The notes beneath the pieces are model-generated. The model was not told the DNA's origin, ran no database searches, and was given only the letters and a program-made list of their open reading frames with translations. This document shows, one piece after another, positions 18,966 to 29,300 of a stretch of 64,000 nt of DNA (position 1 is its first letter; each line of letters starts with the position of its first letter). The position numbers were made by a program, and so were the translations under genes. This DNA comes from a virus (taxonomy: Duplodnaviria > Caudoviricetes), in IMG/VR virus record IMGVR_UViG_3300032234_000388, positions 64,001 through 128,000 of that record; one strand, 5' to 3'.

Positions 18966-19724
18966 TTATCCAGTAATAAATGTATAACCAATACCGCCAG
19001 CAACTAAAGTGACCAACTCTTGCGTTAGTCTATCAATGTCTGCTTGTCCTTCTGACTTCATTGCAGATCCGTTGAGTGCTGTGCCGCCTTGTGGTCCTGC
19101 AATACTTGCAAACTTCTCACGTGCTTGACCTAACATAATTTTACAGTTGGCCAAAGTATAATCTTTGATCCACTGTCCAGCATATACGTCGTCTATGATA
19201 GCAAAGTCTGGCTTGACGTTATAAACCTGTAGCATTACAGACTCTTCGCCGCGTGGGCGTTGATGAATGATTAGTTTACGACTTTGTGGGTGCCAGGTAA
19301 AGTTAATAAAACTACCAAACATTTTGCCTACCTGTTCTTGGTACTGGGCAAACAGTTCATAAGTTAACAATCCGCCCATGTTAGTCGATGACAACAAATA
19401 GGTATTAGTATAGGCCAAATTAAACGGCTCAAATACTGTACCGCCAGTGCCATTACCTGTTCTAGATCCAACGCTTCTGCGAAAAATCTGTCGAACCTGC
19501 TGTATCTCTTTAGGAAGGATATATTCGTTTTGGCTTTCTGTAAGAGTTAAAAACGCATAACTTTCTTCTACAGAATTATCACTGCGCTGGCGAAAAACAC
19601 CCAACGCTCTGTTTAATGCTGTTTCGTAGTGTATAGGGTCTAATTCTACGTCAATCATGCCTTCGCCCAGCATGGCTTTACAGTAGTCAAAAACCTGTTG
19701 TTTTGCTTGATCAGATGTGCTCAT
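18966..19724 (-). CDS. gp13: Neck protein (gp13-like)
   Basis: LGEGMIDVEL...WIKDYTLANCKIMLGQAREKF...PQGGTALNG pattern of T4-like gp13. Confidence 0.85.
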   Translation of the reverse strand: MSTSDQAKQQVFDYCKAMLGEGMIDVELDPIHYETALNRALGVFRQRSDNSVEESYAFLTLTESQNEYILPKEIQQVRQIFRRSVGSRTGNGTGGTVFEPFNLAYTNTYLLSSTNMGGLLTYELFAQYQEQVGKMFGSFINFTWHPQSRKLIIHQRPRGEESVMLQVYNVKPDFAIIDDVYAGQWIKDYTLANCKIMLGQAREKFASIAGPQGGTALNGSAMKSEGQADIDRLTQELVTLVAGGIGYTFITG

Positions 19725-19729
19725 ATTGT

Positions 19730-19750
19730 TATTTATCGTAGCGGTAAATA
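19730..19750. promoter_or_regulatory. Back-to-back TAAATA boxes for divergent gp13 and gp14-gp15
   Basis: TATTTA 19730-19735 (box on minus strand) and TAAATA 19745-19750 (plus strand), 9 nt apart. Confidence 0.65.
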
Positions 19751-19751
19751 T

Positions 19752-21164
19752 ATGACTATGCCAAGACTCAGTTTATACCGGCCCAACAAGGGCAACGACT
19801 TCAAATTTATTGACAAAACCGCCTGGGAAATGTTCCAGGTTGGCGGCACTGATGTACTAGTACACAAATACATTGGGCCAGGAGCTTCTGTACAAGGTGC
19901 AACTCCTAGTACCCCAGAATATACGGGTGGCGATAATCCTTTTAATATTCAAGATCTATTGTTTTTAGAAAACAGAGATCGAAAATATGATCCCGATGTT
20001 TACGTATTACGAGGAGTGTATAATCTATCAGATATAGATTTTAATCTAAGTCAGTTTGGTTTGTTTTTACAAAATGACACAATCTTTATGACGTTTCACA
20101 TCACCGATACTGTGGAAAAATTAGGAAGAAAAATTATTGCAGGTGATGTTATTGAATTACCCCACTTAAAAGATGACTATGCACTCAATGATCTAAGCTA
20201 TGCACTAAAAAGATTTTATGTTATAGAAGAAGTTAGCAGAGCTGCAGAAGGATTTTCAGCAACTTGGTATCCACATCTATATCGTGCCAAGTGTAAGCCG
20301 CTGGTAAACAGTCAAGAATACAAACAGATTCTCGATGGCATTGCTAATACTGACGCAGACAAAGGCACATATAACCCTAACATTACTTACTACTCTGGAG
20401 ACATTGTCACAGGTCCAGACGGTAAGAAATATGAAGTTGCCCAAGAAGTCACAGGAATTGCGCCACCTAACAACACCTACTATCAGTTGGCAGACACTCT
20501 ACGAGACATTATGTCTACCTACAATCGAGAGATGCAGATTACTCAAGCGGTATTAAATCAAGCTGAGGCTGATGCTCCCAAGAGTGGATATGATACTAGT
20601 AAATTCTATACTCTTCAGCGAGACAGCGAAACAGGTCGAGCAGAGTTGATTACAGTAGACAATGATATTATAGCTGAATATAGTGTAGATCGACAAACAC
20701 AGGCCACCGACGTAGATGGAAATTTATTATTTGACGAAAACGGCGACGCAGTTTATGTTGGCATTACTGCTGCAACTATGTTGCAGACTGCCGACGGCAA
20801 AGGCTATGACGGATACCTCACCGAAGACGGCATACCGCCCAACGGTGCTCCATTCACTGCAGGCATTGCGTTTCCAATCAATCCAGTAGAGGGACAGTTT
20901 GCTCTGCGTAAAGATTATCTACCACATAGATTGTTTAGATTTAACGGTAGTCGTTGGGTCAAGTTTGAAGACAATGTGCGCATGACCATGAACAATCTAG
21001 GCAGTGAAAATGTTGGCGAAGGTGATCTGTTTGAGGGTAAAGAAATTCGACAGACACAAAAAACAACATTCATTAATAATACTACAACTAACGAAATTGA
21101 CGGTCACACTGTTAAAGAAAAACAAAGCCTATCTAAGGCACTTAGACCACAGGCGGACGAATAA
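19752..21164 (+). CDS. gp14: Neck protein (gp14-like) with insertions
   Basis: DLLFLENRDRKYD...LSQFGLFLQND...GDVIELPHL pattern; position before gp15; start ATG 19752 or 19758. Confidence 0.65.
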   Translation: MTMPRLSLYRPNKGNDFKFIDKTAWEMFQVGGTDVLVHKYIGPGASVQGATPSTPEYTGGDNPFNIQDLLFLENRDRKYDPDVYVLRGVYNLSDIDFNLSQFGLFLQNDTIFMTFHITDTVEKLGRKIIAGDVIELPHLKDDYALNDLSYALKRFYVIEEVSRAAEGFSATWYPHLYRAKCKPLVNSQEYKQILDGIANTDADKGTYNPNITYYSGDIVTGPDGKKYEVAQEVTGIAPPNNTYYQLADTLRDIMSTYNREMQITQAVLNQAEADAPKSGYDTSKFYTLQRDSETGRAELITVDNDIIAEYSVDRQTQATDVDGNLLFDENGDAVYVGITAATMLQTADGKGYDGYLTEDGIPPNGAPFTAGIAFPINPVEGQFALRKDYLPHRLFRFNGSRWVKFEDNVRMTMNNLGSENVGEGDLFEGKEIRQTQKTTFINNTTTNEIDGHTVKEKQSLSKALRPQADE

Positions 21165-22684
21165 TGGATTATTTTTATGACGGGCAGATAAGACGATACG
21201 TCACACAATTTATGCGTGTGTTCATAGGTTTTCAATACAAAGCCGGTGACGGTACCTTATCCACTGTGCCTGTGCTTTATGGAGACATGACTAGACAGGT
21301 AGCAGCTATCATTCAAGAAAACTCAGAAAACAAAATGCCTTCTGTTCCAAGAATTGCCTGCTATATTTCAGGTTTAGAAATGGCCACTGATCGATTAAGT
21401 GACCCAACCTTTGTCAGCAAGGTACACATTAGAGAACGTAGGTACACAGATGCAGGTGGCACTAGAGATTATCAAAATGTTCAAGGAGGCAACTACACAG
21501 TCGAACGGTTAATGCCCACTCCTTATAAGTTAACTATGAAGGCAGACTTATGGACTTCGAACACTGATCAAAAATTACAATTGTTTGAACAGATTGCTGT
21601 GCTGTTTACACCTAGTTTAGAACTTCAGACTACTGACAACTACATAGACTGGACCAGCTTGAGTACCATGTATCTAACTTCTACCAACTTTACTAGTAGA
21701 AGTATACCGGCTGGTGCAGAAAGTGAAATTGATATCTGTACTATGGAGTTTGAAATGCCAGTGTGGATTTCACCGCCAGCCAAAGTTAAAAAATTGGGTA
21801 TTGTACAGTCGGTAATTTCAAACGTGTTTACAGAAAGTGGAGACATTGTTGGCCTTGACGATCTTGTGTTTAATAGGGCCAATGGAAAATTTGGAACAAC
21901 CACAAATAATTACAGAGTGTTGCTGTTTAAATCTAACACAGGCAGTCTGTCAGATCATCAATATGATCTTACTCTAGTAAATCCTGTACATGCTATATTG
22001 GCAACAGGATTAGATCAAAAAGAATATTCCAATGGTGAGCCGGTTGAGTGGCAGGCTATACTAGAACTGCAAGGCGGCTACACACCTGGCAGCGAAATAT
22101 GGTTTAAAAAATCTGACGGTACAGAAATACTCGGAACATTTGTAGTTAATCCGTTAGATGGCACTGTGTTAACTGTGACTCTGGATGCCGATACCTATCC
22201 AGGCAACACCGATATTACAGGTTTGACAGAAACTAGAGGCACTGTAGATGCTATTATTGATCCTTACAAATATAATCCTTTAGAAGTGTATGGCAATCAT
22301 GCCGCTATTCCTGTGGGGCTTAGATTTTTAATGTTAGATGCAGTCAACAACAGCGAAAATCGAGGCGGCTTTATAGAGTATCCTAGCAATCCTGCAGATA
22401 GTACTAGTGTTCCTTATAGGGGCCCACAGGCGTGGCGTGAACCTAGCAACAACGACAGCTCTTGGGAAAATCAAGATGGCACTGACCCTGTGATTGCAGC
22501 TAATTCTATCATAGAGTGGAACGGTAGTCAATGGAGTACCATTTGGGATCCTGCAGAAGCCGATACTAACATAGTAATCCAAAATATTCGTACAGGTATC
22601 AAATACAAGTGGGATGGCGAACAGTGGCTCAAAGCCTTTGAAGGCGAGTACGGCCCAGGAGATTGGAACTTTAAACTCGTCTAA
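21164..22684 (+). CDS. gp15: Tail sheath stabilizer/terminator (gp15-like) with C-terminal extension
   Basis: YFYDGQIRRY...VPVLYG...PRI...MPTPYKL...QLFEQIAVLFTP. Confidence 0.85.
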   Translation: MDYFYDGQIRRYVTQFMRVFIGFQYKAGDGTLSTVPVLYGDMTRQVAAIIQENSENKMPSVPRIACYISGLEMATDRLSDPTFVSKVHIRERRYTDAGGTRDYQNVQGGNYTVERLMPTPYKLTMKADLWTSNTDQKLQLFEQIAVLFTPSLELQTTDNYIDWTSLSTMYLTSTNFTSRSIPAGAESEIDICTMEFEMPVWISPPAKVKKLGIVQSVISNVFTESGDIVGLDDLVFNRANGKFGTTTNNYRVLLFKSNTGSLSDHQYDLTLVNPVHAILATGLDQKEYSNGEPVEWQAILELQGGYTPGSEIWFKKSDGTEILGTFVVNPLDGTVLTVTLDADTYPGNTDITGLTETRGTVDAIIDPYKYNPLEVYGNHAAIPVGLRFLMLDAVNNSENRGGFIEYPSNPADSTSVPYRGPQAWREPSNNDSSWENQDGTDPVIAANSIIEWNGSQWSTIWDPAEADTNIVIQNIRTGIKYKWDGEQWLKAFEGEYGPGDWNFKLV

Positions 22685-22697
22685 GCTAAGTACGAGC

Positions 22698-23078
22698 ATG
22701 CAACAGCGTGCCGGATTATTATTCTTAGCCAAAACCACAGGCAGAGTTTTATTAATTTTAGAAGATTCAAAGTGGACTGTGCCTACATTCGCTAGGCAAG
22801 GTACCCTATTTGAAGACGCAACGTTATTGATGAATCAATATTGTCAGGGTAGAATAATACCGATTGAACTATATCTAAGTCAAGATCGAGGTTTTGAATA
22901 CGGCACATACGTATGTTTAGTTGACCAAGAGTTTTTAACCCTAGCTAAAGAAACAATATCTTGGAGCCATCTTGACCATTTGCCAAAACAATTGCATAAC
23001 GGGCTTAAGGTCACATTAAATAACATACTAATTCGAACTAAAATAGAAACAATATTGGAGTTAAACAATGCTAAATGA
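22698..23078 (+). CDS. Nudix-like protein with degenerate Nudix box
   Basis: Start MQQRAGLLFLAKTTGRVLL after TAAGTA box; W...LP..LH C-terminal pattern; no GX5EX7REXXEE. Confidence 0.45.
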   Translation: MQQRAGLLFLAKTTGRVLLILEDSKWTVPTFARQGTLFEDATLLMNQYCQGRIIPIELYLSQDRGFEYGTYVCLVDQEFLTLAKETISWSHLDHLPKQLHNGLKVTLNNILIRTKIETILELNNAK

Positions 23079-23340
23079 AATACACAAATCAGATAGATTT
23101 AAACAAGACTATGAGCGATATTCATCTGCAATATCTCAATTACCCGACAGTGATTTTAAAGATCAAATGAATAACACTCTAACAAAGTTAATAAATGAAA
23201 TTAAAAAATTAGACAGTCTTCATTTAGAAATGGTATACACTAGACAGTTGCCGTCTATGGGAACCGACATCAAATCAACTATTACCGAGTTGAGACGTGA
23301 TCTAGAGACCAATCTCAAACGGTATCTTACTCCCAATTAA
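23068..23340 (+). CDS. Small helical hypothetical protein
   Basis: 90 aa, GGAG SD. Confidence 0.55.
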   Translation: MLNEIHKSDRFKQDYERYSSAISQLPDSDFKDQMNNTLTKLINEIKKLDSLHLEMVYTRQLPSMGTDIKSTITELRRDLETNLKRYLTPN

Positions 23341-26300
23341 GCCTGCGCTTCGCCCCATCTTAAAATAACGCTGGTATTTGTAGGACTTCCACTAACCTTA
23401 TACACGTTAATGGCCAGTACGTCTGGCCCGTTTGGAAATGCTCCTCTACCACCAATTGCTGTAGCTGTTAATTCTTTCAATGATTCTAAACTTAACTCTC
23501 CCGATTCTCCCGGGTTGGCAATAAACGAAAATACTTGTTCACCAGGTAATGCATATAAGGCACCAAACTGCCAAGTAATTGTCGAAGAAGCATTAATAGT
23601 TGTATTTGCTGATTGAGAGAATGTCACACGATAAATTGTGGTTGCTCCGTAGGTTCTAGTTTCTACAGTGTTTACCGCAGTTCCAGCTGGAAAGCTAGTT
23701 ACTGAGGTAGCAATTCGAGTACCGACCACAGCTCCAGAAGATAACCAACTAGCTGAAGTAAAGAATAAGAAGTTTCTGTTTACATATGAAGCTGCTGTAC
23801 CGGCTGCGGTTACTGTGACTGTTATATTATTTCCAGATCCTGTGGCTGATGATGCATTAGCAGGAGCACTCATTATAACTCGAGTATAGTTTGTTCCGCC
23901 GATATTAACAAAGCTCGGAATAATACTAGTAATAGTCTGTCCAGCATTTATAAATGTTGTAAGAGTATAAGTTAGTCCAGTAGGAGTTCCAGCAGTAGTA
24001 GTGACTCCGCCGCCGCCTTCTGTAGTACTCAAAGTAAATGTTGTGCTTCCGTTAGTTGCTACAATAAAATATTGTGTACCAGAAGAATATCCACTTATGC
24101 TACCAGTACCACCAAAGGTTCCAGTAATTGTGACACGTTGACCAACTGACAGGGTAGTTGATGTACAACTAAATTGTCCGGCCGTTCCAGTTATTGCTAC
24201 CGAGGCCAATGTGACACTATTTCCTGGAGCAATACTCAATACATCACTAACAACTATTCCCGATCCTGCAATGGATGAGTCAGTTACAAGAAAATCTGAT
24301 CTTGAAGTAGAAAATGCTCTACCATATGTAGCTGTGACAGCACTGGTGCTGGTGACTGAAATGTTATTTCCTGCGCCGGCTGTGCTAGTAGTAGAACCGT
24401 TGGCACTCATGATTACTCTAGCATATGCTGTTCCTGCCACAGTAACAAAATTTGGAGTAACACTAGAAATTGTTTGGCCGCCAGTTAAAAACGTTATCGC
24501 AGTTAATACGTCGGTTGCAGCAATTGTTGATCCTGCAAATTGTGTCTGAGTAATTAAGAAATCATTCCTACTGGCGCTAATTGCTGTGTTGTAAGTTTGC
24601 GATGCGCGAATAGTTATAGTCACTGCAACGTTTTGTGCACCATTACTAGCTGCCAAGTTGCTATTCGCGCTGGCATTTCCACTCATAATTATTCTAGCAT
24701 AACTTACGCCAGCAATAGTAATAAAGTTTGGAGTAACACTAGAAATTGTTTGGCCGCCAACTAAGAATGTAGTTGCTGATAAGCCATCAGTATTTCCAAT
24801 GGTCGATGTCAATGCTGCAAATGAACTTTGAGTAATTAAAAAATCATTCCTAGATGCTGATAATGCTCTTCCGTATGTTCCGTTGACCTGCAGTGTGACG
24901 TTCTGGCCAGCGCCAGGAGCACTGCTAATTGATGGTAAATTGTTCAGTACAATTCTAGTAAAGGTACCTCCTAGATATCCTCTAGTGATAGATTGTATAG
25001 TGCTATTAACTCCTGTTCCAGTAATTGTATCATTAACTGCCAGCGGGGTAGCTAAACTATCAAATTGCGTATTTGATATCAACACATCACTTCTAGTGGT
25101 ATCAACAGCTCTAACATAACTGTTATTACCGTAAGGCTGACCGTTGGCCTGTCCTAGTGCTGTAATAGTTTGACCAAAACTTGCAGCAGTCACCGGAGTG
25201 GTTGTTGTGTTAAATGAAATTGCTGTTAATGCATTAGTGACTGGAGTAAAACTTGGTGCTGTAAGAGTAGTTGTAAATGCCCCTTGAACTGTAGCTGTAG
25301 TTTGTCTAACATCTCCACTCCATGTCACAGAACCACCAGCTGCAATCTGTGCAAAGCTAGGCTGTCCACCTGCTGCTTGAGAACTTAAACCAGTCCAAGT
25401 AATGTTAGCAGGATTAATAGGATAATTAATTGGATTTAATACCCCTTCAACAACAATTGCACCGCCGCCAGCTACTGTATCCGAGCTAATTGCAATGCTT
25501 GATAATAACAATTGCGCACGATTTAATAATTCTCGATCGCCTAAGTCGCCAATCACTGCGTTTGACACCGACGGTGCTAATCGAATTAAAAATGCAGTAT
25601 TTTTTTCTAAGGTAGCCGATATCGCTGTAGCTGCGTAGTTGAAAATGTATCCTCGATCGCTGTCAAACTGACCGTCAATCATAAATGCTGAACCCCAGTG
25701 ACTGATGATCGGAGTAATAGTATTAGAAATTAAAACTACGCCTGTTCTTTCAGTGTGTAAGGTTGCAACACCTGCGCTAAATGTTCTTGTAGAACCGGAA
25801 ACAAATTGTGTTAAATTTGCTGCTCGAGTACAACCAGTAAGGGCAGAACCGTTATTTCCTGTGAAAGAAATTAATTCGTTATCTATATATACTGTTCCTG
25901 AATTTGGAAACCAGTACAAATCCTCAGCACTCATAGGTATTGTTGTTTGATTACTAGTCATTGCAGCATTTAATCTGCCTCTGGCTCCTTCGTTGATCAC
26001 TTCATAACGAACTGGCTGATTACCAGTTCTCATATATGCTTCTGAATTTACGTTCGAATTACGGAATCGATGTACAAAAAGATAATTTCCATCTGATCCT
26101 CGAAGCATAAAATCAATAAATCCTGCACCGTACCAAGTATGTTGAATACCAATCATTTGCATCTTAGTCACATCAAGATTATAACCGCTTGGACCTGCGC
26201 CATTACAGGTATCTAAATTCCAATCTTCTTGTGGAACAATTAGATCTTGTACTTTGGTAATTTTAACACTTGATACATTAGTCACTCCTCGATAATCAGG

Positions 26301-29300
26301 AGACACTGTCATTAAAGTATCATTAGTTAGTTGAGTAACTACGTGTGTCATTCCCCTAATTACAATTCGATCACCTGTTGCCAACTGTTGTGTAAATCTA
26401 GTATTAGCTCCGGTTACTATATTTGAATTAACGTTAATACTAATAGTTCCTGCTATTTGGAATGTACTTGATCTACGAACAACAGCCATACGTTGGCCAT
26501 CGTATTGCCAGAACATACCGTTTTGATCGTCAAATATACCAGAACGAACTGTTGATCCGTGCCAGTTTTTTATAGACATTTGACATGGACTACCAAGAAC
26601 CGGGCTAGTTGATCCTAATCTTTGTGTTGCTATAAATGACAATTGTCTTTCGTTGCCTATACTTGACACAGTATATGTGCCGTTATATCCAGAGGTAGCA
26701 ACTCCGCTGATTACTATAACTCCTCCTACTTGACATCCGTGATCGGTGTCATCACAAATTATAGTAATAGTGCTGCCAACTGCAGTTCCGTTTGATATAA
26801 TAGTGCGAATATCATAGCTTGGTGCAAATAAAGCACCGGTATTATACATAACACCCTTACCTGATTGATAACGAATATACTTTTTACTCATACGAATTGC
26901 GGTAGCACCGTGTGCTGGACCAGCAGTGCCTAGTTGTACTCCGCCGTCGAACGGTCTATGTATAAAAAATGAGTCTGGTCGGCCAAATAAATTGCCTACT
27001 AATGTATTATCAACAAGGCCAGCACCTCGAGCTGTATATCTTAAAGTTGTTGGGGTTGGAACTTGTTCTACAAAAAATGGACCGGCTGCTAGTTGGGCAT
27101 TAGTACCAGAGCTTGTAATTGATGTCGTGATAGTGTTTCCAGGAATAAATCCATGAGCAGATGCAAAGGTAACTTCGATGGTAGCAATAGCAGAAAAATT
27201 GATTCCAGTGTTGTCGCTGAGTATTTGTGCAGTAGTAGGTTCGCTAATAGTAATAGCACTGATAAAGTTTCTTGAGGGTGCAGTAACTGCAGTTCCAGAA
27301 ATCGATACCGTTTGAATTACTCCACCTGCAGTAATTGTTGCTACTTGAATAGTTGCTTGTGTAAATAATGACTGAACTTCAAACGTTCCGCCAGCAGCGC
27401 CATCTTGTACAACAGTTACAACATCAGTTGCAGCATAACCAGAACCTGAATTTACAATAGTCACTGAAGCTATGCCACCGCTGCCGTCGTCTACAATGTC
27501 AACAATACAGCCAGTGCCGCCTCCTGAACTTGTTGTGACTAATCCAGCTGCTGTAGAATAGCCTGTCCCTGCTACAATGTTAGTTGAGGCAGCAATTCTT
27601 CCAGCTGCTCCAATAGTAATTGTTTCCCCAATTGCATATCCCTGTCCAGGTGAATTTATTGCAACGGTATCTATAATGCCGCTGGTTTGTGTAATATCAA
27701 CTGTAAGGCCAGTGCCGCTGCCTGAGCTGGTGGTGATCACTGCAGACGAATTACTATATCCTGTGCCGCCGGCTAATGATGCAGCATTTAATGTTGCTAC
27801 ACTATCAACAGGTGTGGCCGAAGTAACTGTAATTGTTGCGTTGTTTGCAGGGGCGGCTCCGCCTAACGCAGTTCCAGCAATTAATATAGTATCATTAGCT
27901 ACATATCCAGACCCTGGAGTAGATGTAGTAACAGCATATGTTGGTGTTCGAGATACACTAAACACTGCTCCAACACCGTTACCTGATGTTGATCCTGATA
28001 ATCCTGCAAATGTTTGCGTTGTTCCTCGTATATTAGTTGTAATGCCGCCGCTAAGTGTAACAACATTACCTGTAACGTCAGTAACTCGAACCGCTACACC
28101 GTCACCTCGATCAAATATCAATCCCGGTCCAATACCTGTTGTGCTAGTAACTGTAAGAGTATTGTCACCGGTGGTGGCATTTGACAATAATGTAGTAGAA
28201 GCTGCAGTGCCGCCTGCGCCTGTTACCGCTGTAATTTGAGACCCGCCAACCACTCCTGTGCCGGTTAACGGTGCTCCTATCGGAGGTGGTGCTGAACTAA
28301 ATCCTATTGAAGTACTACCAATAGGAGTGATTAAACTTGTAGTAATAGTTCCAGAACTACCGTTTGATAAAACATTAAATGATGGTAGTCCGACTGCAGA
28401 GCCGGTATAATAACCGCCCTTTCTTAATTGTGTATATGTACTAGCTAGAATTTCTCCGTCTGTTGTACCCACTTTTGCTTTGGCAAAAAATGTAAATGTT
28501 GATGTTGTTGGCACAGTAGATACTAAGAAACTGCCTTCACCACGACTAAATCCTTGTACAGAATTACTCAATGCTTTAATTGTAATAGGATCTCCAGGAA
28601 GTAATCCGTGATTTCCAATAGTTGTTACTGTTATCTGACTAGCTCCAATGCCGGTAGGTGCGCTGGCATTTGTAACTACGTTAACAACAGGAATTTCTGT
28701 TCCCGGAATTTCGTAGATTGAAGGATAATTGCGCATCAATCCAATTGCTTGCCACTTGGTCGGTTGTAGTCCATACTCAAAGTCAGCGTCAAGCATACTT
28801 TGCGGAATGCCAACCCGTTGACGTTCCATAGCATCAGTAGCTATGGAATTCATTCTAACAATTTGTTCTTTACCTTCAACAAAAATTTGTATGTTGTCGG
28901 TGACCATCATGTTACTTGTGTCAATGTCAAAAGTAACTGTGGTGATTTTATCTACACCGTACAGTGCTCCTGGAAAACTTGTATCAAGAGTTTCAGTATA
29001 TGTAATTTCAGCAGCTAGTCTATCATCGGCAAAATTATACATGATGATATTTCTTGAGGCATTTGTGATCAATAACAAATCTTTGATCTTAAAATACCCT
29101 GGCATTTTAATATAGCCGCGATTTGAAATTTTTGTTGGTACGGCAGCCAGTCCGTTTTCGATTACCTCGAGGATAATATTACTAAGTTCTTTAACTCTTG
29201 TAGCGGCAAATACTTCAACGTTGGCTTCAAAATCGATTACTTGACTAACAAGTATTTGTCTATTAGAAAAAACAGTATTTGTTAAAATAAAGTTTTCTAT

